The position numbers were made by a program, and so were the translations under genes. 64,000 nucleotides of DNA from IMG/VR virus record IMGVR_UViG_3300008459_000008, positions 1 to 64,000 of that record. The stretch is one strand, 5' to 3'. How positions within the stretch are numbered: the stretch's first letter is position 1; the number at the start of each line of letters is the position of its first letter. Source of the DNA: a virus. Shown in pieces: positions 8,588 through 18,405 of the stretch. The notes beneath the pieces were generated by a model. That model had not been told where the DNA came from. It saw only the letters and a program-made list of their open reading frames with translations, and did not search any database.

Positions 8588-9877
8588 CATTAATCTTTCT
8601 TTTTCTCTTTCTCTATATTGTAATTCCCTAACAGATAAAAGGTCTTTTTCAAGTTGGTCCTTTCTCTTTGCTAAATTACCCAAAGCAACTTGTAAGGAAT
8701 TTGATTCACCAAGCATTTGTAGTGAATTTTGAATTTTTTCAATGTTTAATTGTACATCTTCTAATTTCAAAGTTATTTCTCTTTCTTTGTCTTCAAGTTT
8801 TCTTTTTGTAACAATTTCTTTTTCAAGATTATTTTCATAGAAATATGTTAAATCAAAATTTAATTCATTTTTAACTTCATTTACTAACTCGATAGCTGAT
8901 TCATATTTGAAGAACGAGTTACCATATCTCTGGTCACATCTATAAAGATAAATAGCATTTTTGTAGTTAAATGCATAAACTTCAAGGTGTGGATTAACAA
9001 GATTTGAAACTCTTTTGATAACATCCATTTCGACAAATTTATTCAGATTGTGGGATGTCTCTAAAAGAACAGGATAGAAGTTCTTATTTACGATAGGAAT
9101 GATTGGGGATGAGAATAAACTTTCTAAAGTTGTCTCCTTATTCATTTCATCATCATTAATATAAATTATACCTTTCTTGTTTACAGATAAACCAATTGTT
9201 AAATTTTCAGAAATTCTAAAATTAATTTTTTCATCGTTAAGACTTGCAAATCTCATACCGATTTCTAAATTTCTTAATGTTTTAAGTTTTTCAGAATCCA
9301 CCACGTGAGTTTCAAGAAGAGTTTTTTCGATATTGTCATCGGTAAGTAAAAACCAAGAATCTCTTATCATACAAAGATATCCATCTTCAACTTGTTCTAC
9401 AATTGTATATACTGACTCAGCATTACCACCGGATAGAAGGTTTGTTTTTTGTTCTGGATTTTTTGTCAAATTATGAACAAATAATTTAATCTCAGGAACC
9501 CAGTCATAGACAGCTAATTCATTGAGAATTTTTGACATCCGATCTTGATCTGAATCAAGATTGATTGTTTGTAAGAGCACATTGATTGGTTGTCTGTAAA
9601 GTTGTCCTTGGTTTTTGCTGTCCAAAACATTGTATAAATGTTTTAACTCATATACAAGTTGATATTGGTTCATATCATCAGTTAATGATTCTAAGAAACC
9701 TTTCACTTGTTTGTCGTAAGTGAATGGCTTAAGTTTTTCATTCAATGAATTAATTACAACCTTCTCCGATAATTCATTACAAGCATTCATATGTCCCTCA
9801 AGCACCGTAGAAATTTCCATTTGGTCCACAGTTAAGGATTTTCTAAAATTGAATAACTCCATTTTGAGATTCTTCAT
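8585..9877 (-). CDS. Hypothetical protein with C-terminal coiled coil (probably late/virion)
   Basis: 430-aa ORF; two AATATATA motifs upstream (9911-9918, 9965-9972). Confidence 0.7.
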   Translation of the reverse strand: MKNLKMELFNFRKSLTVDQMEISTVLEGHMNACNELSEKVVINSLNEKLKPFTYDKQVKGFLESLTDDMNQYQLVYELKHLYNVLDSKNQGQLYRQPINVLLQTINLDSDQDRMSKILNELAVYDWVPEIKLFVHNLTKNPEQKTNLLSGGNAESVYTIVEQVEDGYLCMIRDSWFLLTDDNIEKTLLETHVVDSEKLKTLRNLEIGMRFASLNDEKINFRISENLTIGLSVNKKGIIYINDDEMNKETTLESLFSSPIIPIVNKNFYPVLLETSHNLNKFVEMDVIKRVSNLVNPHLEVYAFNYKNAIYLYRCDQRYGNSFFKYESAIELVNEVKNELNFDLTYFYENNLEKEIVTKRKLEDKEREITLKLEDVQLNIEKIQNSLQMLGESNSLQVALGNLAKRKDQLEKDLLSVRELQYREREKERLM

Positions 9878-9985
9878 AATGACAAAAATTAATTTTTTAG
9901 TTTTCTAAAGTATATATTATATAAAAAATATGTGTTTTTTACAATTTTATATCTCTATGAGGTTTATATATTAAATTTATATTTT

Positions 9986-10735
9986 TTATTTTCTTTTGGA
10001 TAACTTTGTAGCATCTGTACGTGGTAAATTTGATTTATCACTCCTAGCATTACTCTTCATTTGTAGATACCACCTAGTGCCCTTTGGATAGATTATTGGA
10101 TCTGGATCTTTACGGTAAGCTGGGTAATATGTTTGTACCTCAAATGAAACAGTCAATTTTATTGTATTATCTGATGTTAGATTTTTTTCTCTTTGAATCT
10201 CTACTTGGTTGGTATCTGGTATTAACATGACCGCGTCTATATTCATAAAATTATGCTCAAAATACATAAATCTATAAACCCACAATGTGTCCATTATAGC
10301 TTGTGAACACTTAAAAACATCGATCTCACTAGATAAGAGTATTGATAAATCATACTTTACTGAAACTGGTACAGCTCTGACTTTAGTCAACATTTTTCTA
10401 ATTTCATCGTCTTTTTCTATGACCATCCTTAACCAAACATTAGGATTTGCAAATTCATCTGCTCTGATGTCATAAGAGGTGAGTGTCAGATGACCTCTAG
10501 GTATCTTATCTGTATTCAATTCAACAAATCTGTTATTAGATACAACATCATCTGAAAATGAATCCAATAAAAATCTGTCATCTCCCGCCATCGAATAGTA
10601 GAAGGGTACACTAACTTTTATATCTCCACTAGTGAATTTATTTGTCCAATTGATTTCACCCTCCAAAGTGTCTAAAACACAAATTGTGAGGTCCCTAAAA
10701 AAAACATCTTCGAAGTTAAATCTTTCACCTATCAT
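9986..10735 (-). CDS. gp15: Tail terminator / sheath stabiliser, T4 gp15-like
   Basis: VSVPFYY...RFL, IPRG.L.L, AVPVSVKYDLSI, LTVSFEVQTY motifs. Confidence 0.72.
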   Translation of the reverse strand: MIGERFNFEDVFFRDLTICVLDTLEGEINWTNKFTSGDIKVSVPFYYSMAGDDRFLLDSFSDDVVSNNRFVELNTDKIPRGHLTLTSYDIRADEFANPNVWLRMVIEKDDEIRKMLTKVRAVPVSVKYDLSILLSSEIDVFKCSQAIMDTLWVYRFMYFEHNFMNIDAVMLIPDTNQVEIQREKNLTSDNTIKLTVSFEVQTYYPAYRKDPDPIIYPKGTRWYLQMKSNARSDKSNLPRTDATKLSKRK

Positions 10736-10783
10736 AAACTTATATATTGAAAACTTATCCTTTTACCGAACCTATAAAAAATC

Positions 10784-11767
10784 ATGAAAAATCTACTTTT
10801 ATCCGAAAGATGGAGGCCAAAAACTTTGGAAGATACCATTCTACTGCCTAGAATTCGTAAACTATTCGAAAATGGTGTTCAACAAAATGTTATCCTCTAT
10901 GGTAACTTTGGTACGGGTAAGACCACACTTGCGAGAATTTTGATCGGTAAGTATTCAAAAAATAAACCTTTTTTGGAATTAAATAGTTCTTTTTATACAT
11001 CAATTGATACACTTAGAAACAAGATCGATGAATTTTGTTCTAAAGTTTATATGGGTCTCGATTTAGTAGAAGATTTACCTAGGGATACAATCAAGTACGT
11101 ATTTCTAGATGAGTTTGATAGAACTTCAATACAATATCAAGATGCATTAAAAGCTTATATAGAAGAATTTTCAAGTAAAAATGTCAGATTTATATTGACT
11201 ACAAATCACATTAATAAAGTTAGTCCAGGTATAAGGTCAAGACTGGTTGAAATTAATTTCGATTGTCAAAATGCTGAAGAAGAAAAGTATTTAAAAACAG
11301 AAATTTTCAAAAAAATTACAAAACAAATTTGTCAAATTGAAAATTTTACAATACCAAAAGAAATATTGGTTAAAATTATAAATAAAAAATTTCCAGATTT
11401 TAGGTCTATATTGATTGAAGTGGACCAATTCAAATTAACTGGTCACTCTACCCAAAACAATACTGGATCAAATATCAAAATAAGACAAGATTTATATAAT
11501 CTGATTTTTGATAAAACAATTACATTTGAAGATACATTCACTTTTTTGATGGAAAATTTTGGACCTGAAAGGATTGATGTTTTATTCGAATTACTATCAA
11601 AGCCCTTCATCGAGTATTGTATGAATGAAAGAAAAGATTGTGATCAAAATTTATTTCATCATACTTACATAATATGTGAACATCAAAAATTATTAGAAAC
11701 CAACACAGATCCGATAATTTTAGGTATGACAGTAGTGGGTAAAACTAGAGACCTATTTCTGAACTAA
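10784..11767 (+). CDS. gp44: Sliding-clamp loader large subunit (RFC/gp44-like AAA+)
   Basis: ERWRPKTLED, Walker A GNFGTGKTT, Walker B FLDEFD, FILTTN, IRSRL, FPDFR. Confidence 0.92.
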   Translation: MKNLLLSERWRPKTLEDTILLPRIRKLFENGVQQNVILYGNFGTGKTTLARILIGKYSKNKPFLELNSSFYTSIDTLRNKIDEFCSKVYMGLDLVEDLPRDTIKYVFLDEFDRTSIQYQDALKAYIEEFSSKNVRFILTTNHINKVSPGIRSRLVEINFDCQNAEEEKYLKTEIFKKITKQICQIENFTIPKEILVKIINKKFPDFRSILIEVDQFKLTGHSTQNNTGSNIKIRQDLYNLIFDKTITFEDTFTFLMENFGPERIDVLFELLSKPFIEYCMNERKDCDQNLFHHTYIICEHQKLLETNTDPIILGMTVVGKTRDLFLN

Positions 11768-11777
11768 TATATAGGTT

Positions 11778-12164
11778 ATGGCTGCTTTTGATTATACCGA
11801 CTTTTATATTTTGGATCCGTCTTTCAATAAGTTCAACGACACCGAACTTATTGAAGATGATTTAATTAGATTGATTATACAGAAATATCAAGTTTTGGTT
11901 TATACGAACAAAGGTGATGTATTAGGTGATGTTAATATTGGAACAAATTTATTGGAACTACTATATCAGACAAAGTTATCCTCTGGTCCAACCCAAGAAA
12001 AAATAAATCAACAAATAGTTTCATACATACCAGAAATATCACAAACACCATATGAATTACAGGTTGTATTCGAGCAAGATCCTGAAAATTTTCAGGAAAT
12101 AATGTTAATAAGTTTTAAATTAGATGAATTTGAAATAGTGAATCAAATTGGAACTTATCTATAA
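11778..12164 (+). CDS. gp25: Baseplate wedge protein, gp25/GPW-like
   Basis: TNKGDVLGDVNIGTNLLELLY...QIVSYIPEI resembles the gp25 T.KGE....P.FG..L...LF...YEP motif. Confidence 0.68.
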   Translation: MAAFDYTDFYILDPSFNKFNDTELIEDDLIRLIIQKYQVLVYTNKGDVLGDVNIGTNLLELLYQTKLSSGPTQEKINQQIVSYIPEISQTPYELQVVFEQDPENFQEIMLISFKLDEFEIVNQIGTYL

Positions 12165-12176
12165 TATATACATTAT

Positions 12177-12806
12177 ATGAGATATATTTATCAATTTGAA
12201 AAATTCAATTCTACAAAATCAGTATTGATAATAGTAGATGTGCAAAAATCCTTCAAAAAATATTTTACTGATAATTATATAAAATCGATTAAAGATTTAT
12301 CGACAAAATATGGCAGTGTCTATCAAATTTTTGATAATCATCACGAAGGTAAAAATGTTGACAAAGACTATTTATATGATAATAAGCCAACTTTAGACAA
12401 TAAATCGGACTTGTACACATTTCCAAATCAAAGAGACCTGATTGAAAAAAGGTATAATTATGATGTAGACGCTAATTTTTATAAAAAAATTCTTGATGAT
12501 GAGATTTATCAGAAAATAAAAGATAACGAAAAAAATCTATCCAAAGGTCAATACTTTCCAACAACTGAGGGAACCATAATTGTTTATATAGGAAATAATC
12601 ATAAGTGGTTCCACGTCCCCAAAAAATTGTATGATCTTTTAAATGAATTAAAACAAGCACAATCAGAAAACACAACTATACATATAGTTGGTGGGGCTAA
12701 GGGTGAATGTTTGGATGACATTATAACGACTTGTGAATCTCTAGGACTGGATATATCAAAAATTGATGAATATATTTATTCCGCGACACACTGTCCAATA
12801 AAATAA
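12177..12806 (+). CDS. Isochorismatase/cysteine hydrolase family protein
   Basis: VLIIVDVQ (Asp), IEKRY (Lys), IVGGAKGECL (Cys). Confidence 0.72.
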   Translation: MRYIYQFEKFNSTKSVLIIVDVQKSFKKYFTDNYIKSIKDLSTKYGSVYQIFDNHHEGKNVDKDYLYDNKPTLDNKSDLYTFPNQRDLIEKRYNYDVDANFYKKILDDEIYQKIKDNEKNLSKGQYFPTTEGTIIVYIGNNHKWFHVPKKLYDLLNELKQAQSENTTIHIVGGAKGECLDDIITTCESLGLDISKIDEYIYSATHCPIK

Positions 12807-12830
12807 AAACCCATCCGAAGATGGGTTTTT
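12805..12830. terminator. Bidirectional intrinsic terminator
   Basis: aaaaacccatc-cgaa-gatgggttttt between convergent genes. Confidence 0.88.
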
Positions 12831-12837
12831 TTATGAT

Positions 12838-13386
12838 TTATGCTGTAGGTAGTTCTTCTTCTTCACCCTCTTCCTCTTCCTCCTCTTCTTCACCTTGAGC
12901 CTGTCCTTGTCCCTGTGGTTGAGCTTGAATTTGTCCTTGTCCCTGTGGTTGAGCTTGAATTTGTCCTTGTCCCTGTGGTTGAGCTTGAACCTCTTCGAAA
13001 TCCTGAGCGGGTTCGGTTTGAACTTGAGCTTGTTGTGATTGTCCTTGCATTTGTGCCTGTGGTTGAGCTTGAGCCTGTCCTTGTCCTTGAGCCTGTCCTT
13101 GAGCACCACCAACTAAGATTGTTGCTGGTATATTATCAACGTTCATACCAGTTTCAACTACGTGTTTAACAAGTTCCTCGACAATATCCATATCACTATA
13201 AAAATCTCTTAGATTTTTTTGTGTATTATCGGATACCTTCTTTATATAGGAATTAACCATCGTTTTTTTAACATCTACAATAACACGTACTTTGTAATTG
13301 TCATCAACTTGAAGAACCGATTCTTTAACAACTTGGGTTGGGTTCTTTTTAGATTTATAGGATAAAAATTTTCTGATATGATTCAT
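12838..13386 (-). CDS. Hypothetical protein with Gln/Gly repeats and acidic tail
   Basis: 30-nt repeats encoding QAQPQGQGQI (about 12900-12990), poly-E C-terminus, AATATATA upstream. Confidence 0.75.
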   Translation of the reverse strand: MNHIRKFLSYKSKKNPTQVVKESVLQVDDNYKVRVIVDVKKTMVNSYIKKVSDNTQKNLRDFYSDMDIVEELVKHVVETGMNVDNIPATILVGGAQGQAQGQGQAQAQPQAQMQGQSQQAQVQTEPAQDFEEVQAQPQGQGQIQAQPQGQGQIQAQPQGQGQAQGEEEEEEEEGEEEELPTA

Positions 13387-13441
13387 TATCTTAATAATAT
13401 TTTTTATTGACTTATATATTCTATTTTTAAAACGATTTTTA

Positions 13442-13948
13442 TTAATTCACCAAAGTTCCAAGGAGAAATAGTGATAGTGCTCCAAATCCAACAGTTCCTC
13501 CAATCAACCACCTCCTTTCAGATTGTAATTGTTCCACAATCTTATTAAAATTTTCGATTTGACCAGATTGTAATTTTCCTTGATCATCACATTTTTTCAA
13601 ATCAGCTTCCAAATTCAATATTTTTTTATCTTGGGTTTGAATGCTTAATTCATTATCTTTGATGCTCTTTTCATATTGATCAATCAATAGTTTATCAACT
13701 AGTTGTTTTTGTTCATATTTATTGACAACTACAAAAAATCTTTTGAGTAAACTATCACATCCTAGTCTAACATCTTTAAAAAGTGATAGAAGAACTTCAT
13801 GATTATAAATCTTTTGTACCTGTTCTATTGTGTAAATAACACCTATTGTATCACCATTTTGAATATAGTATTTAGGAAATTCTTCTTGTTGCGCTTTTAA
13901 TGAAAAGTGACAAAATAAGATTACTATTAAGCAAAGTATTTTTCTCAT
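13442..13948 (-). CDS. Secreted coiled-coil protein with C-terminal membrane anchor (spanin-like candidate)
   Basis: Signal peptide ending LKA|QQ, coiled coil, C-terminal hydrophobic helix. Confidence 0.55.
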   Translation of the reverse strand: MRKILCLIVILFCHFSLKAQQEEFPKYYIQNGDTIGVIYTIEQVQKIYNHEVLLSLFKDVRLGCDSLLKRFFVVVNKYEQKQLVDKLLIDQYEKSIKDNELSIQTQDKKILNLEADLKKCDDQGKLQSGQIENFNKIVEQLQSERRWLIGGTVGFGALSLFLLGTLVN

Positions 13949-13951
13949 CTA

Positions 13952-14383
13952 TTATTTTAATTTTTCTGCAGTTTTTTCTACCAATTTTGATTTTGGTAGA
14001 ACAATAGGTTTATCTATAAGATCATCTATTTCTTTTTTTCTCCTAGCCAACATTTCATTATACAACTTGAGATCTTCTCTCAGGTTTATAATTTCCGAAT
14101 CTTTTGATTTTGCAATTTTTTTATAAAAATTTATTGTATCAGATCTTAAATATGATAGTTGTCTCAATCTATTTAACTCGATGTCCAATATTTTTCTTTC
14201 TACAAGTAGAGAGTCTCTCTCTTTTTGAATTTTCGATATGTCTTGTTGTTTGGTCGAATTGTCATCTTGAAGATTATCTATTTTTTTACTATCAAATGGT
14301 TTGAAATATATCCAAATACAAACACACAATAGTACTATAATAAATAAATCTTTCCATTCGACAACAATTTTTTTAGGAACCAT
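13952..14383 (-). CDS. N-terminally anchored coiled-coil protein (i-spanin-like candidate)
   Basis: One N-terminal TM segment followed by a heptad-rich region; 3 nt from the next gene. Confidence 0.55.
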   Translation of the reverse strand: MVPKKIVVEWKDLFIIVLLCVCIWIYFKPFDSKKIDNLQDDNSTKQQDISKIQKERDSLLVERKILDIELNRLRQLSYLRSDTINFYKKIAKSKDSEIINLREDLKLYNEMLARRKKEIDDLIDKPIVLPKSKLVEKTAEKLK

Positions 14384-14414
14384 TTGTAATTATAATAATT
14401 TTTTCTTACCTTTG
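14383..14414 (+). promoter_or_regulatory. Bacteroidota housekeeping-sigma promoter for clpS
   Basis: TTTG (14383-14386), 20-nt spacer, TACCTTTG (14407-14414); matches TTTG-N19-21-TAnnTTTG. Confidence 0.7.
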
Positions 14415-14439
14415 TATATATAATAAAATATAAATTTCT

Positions 14440-14721
14440 ATGGCTACAATTACAAAATCAAAGACAGATAAACAACTTGAAAAAGTTTTGAGTGAACCAT
14501 TTATACTCATACTGCATAATGATGATTATAATACCTTTGAATGGGTCATTGAATGTCTAATCAAAATTTGTAAACATGAGCCAAATCAAGCTTCTCAATG
14601 TGCTCATATAGTTCATTTTACAGGAAAATGTGACGTAAAAAGAGGAGATCATGACACAATTATGCCAATGTATAACAAGTTGAAATCTTGTGGTCTTAAC
14701 GTAACTATGGAAATGTCTTAA
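14440..14721 (+). CDS. clpS: ATP-dependent Clp protease adaptor ClpS
   Basis: LILHNDDYNTFEWVIECL...QASQCAHIVHFTGKCDVK.G. Confidence 0.92.
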   Translation: MATITKSKTDKQLEKVLSEPFILILHNDDYNTFEWVIECLIKICKHEPNQASQCAHIVHFTGKCDVKRGDHDTIMPMYNKLKSCGLNVTMEMS

Positions 14722-16856
14722 TTCCACAAATTTCTCGTATTGGACTCCTGATATTGTTGGTACATTCTTCGTTGCCTTCTAACATTCAATAGAGCTCGAT
14801 AATCTGTAGCTTCTTGGTAGTCAACATTTTTCAAAATATCCCTATAGTGACTCAATAGATATGTGTCCAAAATATTAGGAGCGTAATCTTCAACCATTTC
14901 CTTCCAAGAATGTTTTGAAAATACACTACTTGTATTGACCAATGTCATTACACAATCATCATTTCCGATATCCGCAGCATATCTGACGTTACCAGATGGT
15001 GTTATGTGTTTCACAAATGTCGTGATTTCTTTAATTGTATCCTCATTGTTTATCAGAAAATTCCTTTTGTCCATACATTCTTGATAGTCTTTGACCAATA
15101 TGTTTTTATTCTCACCAACTTTTAGACCAATTTTTTCATCTACAGCATCAACACGATGTTTGTATCTAAAAAATACACTTGAACCATAATTATTTTTACC
15201 ATCAAATATATTTGGTAAATGTGCTAAAAATTCATTACCGTAATTATTTAATTCTAGAACCACCTTGAAATTTTCATAGTCAAAATACTCAAATAGTAAA
15301 CAATAAAAAACCTCAGATAATTGTTTGACTGATACTAAATTTGATCGGAATATTCCTATTTGTTCCAAACAGAAAAAATCTGATAAATGTGTATATTTAA
15401 ATTTATTCTGCTCAACATACTCTTGATTTTTTGGTGAAATTTTAAAAATATTAATTATGGAATAATCTTGACCTAAACCCTCTGATATATCTACAGAAAT
15501 TACACCCCTTATTGATTTTCTCATAATTGGTGAAAATATATCATCATCATCAATCCACTTCAAACCTTCATATGAGAACTTCAATCTATCATCCAATTCT
15601 TGAATTTTTTCATAAACATAATTTTTCTTATTGTTCATCAGGTTTTCGATTACGCTCTCATCGAGCAAAGACCTAGTAGCATTTACAAACCTCAGACCAT
15701 ACTCTTGGTTGAAAGCATCTTCACCACCAATATCCTTTATTGCTTCTTCTTTCCAAGTAGTTAACTCACAAAATGATTGTATCGGTATTTCTCTACCATC
15801 ATCATCTTTATATTGAAAAGTTCTAACTAACTTATCAGAACAATTATCATTATTGAATACATGAATTACATCCTTCATTAAGTCGGTATTAAATCTTAAT
15901 TCAACTTTAGTAATATCGGAAAATTCTTCGTTGACTTGTTTTAACAGGTTATCCTTACTAACTCCATGTTCATGCATTTTGTGTGGATTTAATCTCAGAT
16001 AAGTTACAAATCTACCTGGAACTTGATACCAATAAACTCTTTTAGCCTTGTAGTTATTTTTGAGTGGGTCACCATCTGGCCTCTCAGCATCGGTTAATAA
16101 TTTGTAAAATAAGTTCATACCATTTGGGGTGGAGGTGATTACAATTTTAGAGTTTTCAACTGCTGATACCACAGGAAAAACCGCGGTGTAGTATGGTTCT
16201 ATTATATTTGAGGGAATGTGTGCAAATTCATCTAGATACAAGAAGTCAATTGTAAAACCAATTGCTGGTGTCTTACTTCTTGCGGATGATTTTATTCTAC
16301 ATCCATTTTCAAAAATAATAGTTCTTTGATTCCAGTTTTTTAAACCGACTTTTAGAAAAAACGGTAATTGTTGGTAAATTGATTTTATCTTATCAATGAT
16401 TTCTATTGTAGTTCCGGCTATGTTAGCAACAATCATAATGTTTTTATCATTATTAAATGTCACATAGTGTAACATGGTTATGGCAGCATTAATAGTTTTT
16501 CCTATTTGTCTCGACCCCATAAGAATGCTAAACCTATTATTGTTATATAGATTGAGGATTTCTTTTTGATAATCTCTTAATTTTATATTTTGAATTGAAC
16601 CATCCTCTGTTTTAATTCTACAATACTTTTCAGCAAAATAATGAATATCCAATTTGCATTTGATGTATTCTTGAATTTCATCTTCGGCCATCATGAAGGT
16701 GATGCCCGATTTACGTAAACCTATTTCACTGGAAAACCAAGGATTTTGAAACCTTTTTATTACAACCCCGTCGTTGATTTTTTCAGTAACCTCATCGACA
16801 AGTTTGGTTGTAAAAATGAATTTCCTCTCCTCTTCTTTTTGTTTTTGTTGAGCCAT
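14718..16856 (-). CDS. gp17: Terminase large subunit, T4 gp17-like
   Basis: LRDYQ, SRQIGKT (Walker A), YLDEFAH (Walker B), ITSTPNG; nuclease motifs VDISEGLGQDYS, ELNNYG, NDDCVM. Confidence 0.95.
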   Translation of the reverse strand: MAQQKQKEEERKFIFTTKLVDEVTEKINDGVVIKRFQNPWFSSEIGLRKSGITFMMAEDEIQEYIKCKLDIHYFAEKYCRIKTEDGSIQNIKLRDYQKEILNLYNNNRFSILMGSRQIGKTINAAITMLHYVTFNNDKNIMIVANIAGTTIEIIDKIKSIYQQLPFFLKVGLKNWNQRTIIFENGCRIKSSARSKTPAIGFTIDFLYLDEFAHIPSNIIEPYYTAVFPVVSAVENSKIVITSTPNGMNLFYKLLTDAERPDGDPLKNNYKAKRVYWYQVPGRFVTYLRLNPHKMHEHGVSKDNLLKQVNEEFSDITKVELRFNTDLMKDVIHVFNNDNCSDKLVRTFQYKDDDGREIPIQSFCELTTWKEEAIKDIGGEDAFNQEYGLRFVNATRSLLDESVIENLMNNKKNYVYEKIQELDDRLKFSYEGLKWIDDDDIFSPIMRKSIRGVISVDISEGLGQDYSIINIFKISPKNQEYVEQNKFKYTHLSDFFCLEQIGIFRSNLVSVKQLSEVFYCLLFEYFDYENFKVVLELNNYGNEFLAHLPNIFDGKNNYGSSVFFRYKHRVDAVDEKIGLKVGENKNILVKDYQECMDKRNFLINNEDTIKEITTFVKHITPSGNVRYAADIGNDDCVMTLVNTSSVFSKHSWKEMVEDYAPNILDTYLLSHYRDILKNVDYQEATDYRALLNVRRQRRMYQQYQESNTRNLWN

Positions 16857-16876
16857 GAGGAATTAGTAATTTAGGA

Positions 16877-16884
16877 TATATATA
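16877..16884. promoter_or_regulatory. Palindromic TATATATA late-promoter motif between divergent terminase genes
   Basis: Sole motif in the short gap between terL and the terS candidate. Confidence 0.6.
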
Positions 16885-16902
16885 CCAAATTCTTTGACCC
16901 GA

Positions 16903-17520
16903 ATGTCTAAAAAAGAGGAAAAAATACAGAATCTACAAGATGAGTTCTCCAGAATTCAAGAGGATAACAAAGATTTGGATGTATCAAAATATCTAGCAAA
17001 AAGAGAAGACCATTTACCAGACTTGGGCACAATCCAAATATATGACTATGATAAGGACATCGATGAAACAAAAGAGCAAGCGGATGAAGTTTTGGAATCG
17101 ATGGTCGATTTATATCTAGGTGATTATCCTGATTTGATACATCACAAATACGTTCAGCAAAAAATGAAGGAAGACGCTAAAGTTTATGCAGACACTTTAT
17201 TTTTACAAAAAATGACAAGACGCAATTTTTTGACACAATTAAAACAAGTTGATAACGGAGATAATTCAGCGAGGATGCACGAAGTTGTAAACCAATCTGT
17301 ATCACAGATAAGAGACAATATAAAATTTTCCCAAACTCAAAGAACAGAGTTTGAAAAATTTTGGAAAGATATGAGGAAGGATTTGGGTCTCAACGAGCTT
17401 TCTGAAATGATGGAACAGAAAAATCAACCAATTGTGGATGAAGAAAATGAGACTGGTAAAATAGTAGACTCTAGGAGTTTGAATGAGATGATTGACAAAG
17501 TAATCAAAGGTAAGATTTAA
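16903..17520 (+). CDS. gp16: Probable terminase small subunit, T4 gp16-like
   Basis: SARMHEVVNQ resembles the gp16 PRAYEV..QL motif; C-terminal IVDSRSLNEMI; divergent from terL. ATG 16903 preferred to TTG 16894. Confidence 0.58.
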   Translation: MSKKEEKIQNLQDEFSRIQEDNKDLDVSKYLAKREDHLPDLGTIQIYDYDKDIDETKEQADEVLESMVDLYLGDYPDLIHHKYVQQKMKEDAKVYADTLFLQKMTRRNFLTQLKQVDNGDNSARMHEVVNQSVSQIRDNIKFSQTQRTEFEKFWKDMRKDLGLNELSEMMEQKNQPIVDEENETGKIVDSRSLNEMIDKVIKGKI

Positions 17521-18367
17521 AATTATCAAAAGCTTCAAATCTTTTGATGAGGTGGGGTAGAGACAAATCAATTTTGTCAATGTGTGTTGGGTTATATTCA
17601 TTATCTTCAATCCTATGGATATAGATTGAGGGGTTTGAAATGGTGAAATCATCTTTTATAACATCAGATAAGCCCTTCTCTGTATTCCTCATCATAGATG
17701 TAAAGATATGTTTTATCGAAGATGATAAATTTAGTTTTGGTAAAGATTTATCATATAAATGTATGAAGTCATATTTAGTTATTTCAAAATCCGTAAATTT
17801 ATCTGTATCGCTTTTATATCCAACACTGTGTTGAAGGAGTAGTTTTATTTTTTTGAAATAGAGTTCATCAGAATTTTGATTTAGAAAATTTTCATTCAAA
17901 TAGTAAAAATTTTTGATTTTGATCCCATTTATTCTCAATTCTTCAACAATTTCTTCGATCAATTTCTGATACAAATTTCTTGTTTGTTTGGAACAAATTA
18001 TATAAATATCATCCATTTCATTTTTCAAATCTAAAATCTGTTTTAATTTCAATTCATAATCCATTTCTTCTATGAGTTCTTTATTCAAAAACTCTTGTAG
18101 GCTTATTACAAAATCAGATAAATTAATCCGATTTTTTGATGATAAAACTTTAAGTTTATTCCAAAGATTATCAGGCAGGTAGTAATTTGTTCCGTTAAAT
18201 TCTATTTTATTACCTTGTTTTTGATAAATACCATTTTTAATAAGTCTGAATTCTGACGGTGATAATTTGTATAGTGGTTGGTTTGGATTTTTTTTATTAA
18301 CAATCCATGCCTTTTGGTTTGTATCCAATAAACAATTTAGATCAAAAAAATGAGCCTTATTTGACAT
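17504..18367 (-). CDS. Hypothetical protein (degenerate HAD-like N-terminus)
   Basis: FFDLNCLLD near the N-terminus; AATATATA 5 nt before the ATG. Confidence 0.6.
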   Translation of the reverse strand: MSNKAHFFDLNCLLDTNQKAWIVNKKNPNQPLYKLSPSEFRLIKNGIYQKQGNKIEFNGTNYYLPDNLWNKLKVLSSKNRINLSDFVISLQEFLNKELIEEMDYELKLKQILDLKNEMDDIYIICSKQTRNLYQKLIEEIVEELRINGIKIKNFYYLNENFLNQNSDELYFKKIKLLLQHSVGYKSDTDKFTDFEITKYDFIHLYDKSLPKLNLSSSIKHIFTSMMRNTEKGLSDVIKDDFTISNPSIYIHRIEDNEYNPTHIDKIDLSLPHLIKRFEAFDNFKSYL

Positions 18368-18405
18368 AAGTGTATATATTAAATAATCTTAGTGAAAGAT
18401 CGTAA

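Noticed and set aside
12831-13169. Alternative-frame ORFs with repeat peptides (also 2620..2919, 4760..5108, 20617..20985 and the antisense ORFs within 43939..57934)
   Set aside because: By-products of repetitive or codon-biased genes; no independent promoter or motifs.
15756-16010. Intein in the terminase
   Set aside because: No N-terminal Cys/Ser or C-terminal His-Asn signature, and it is too short.
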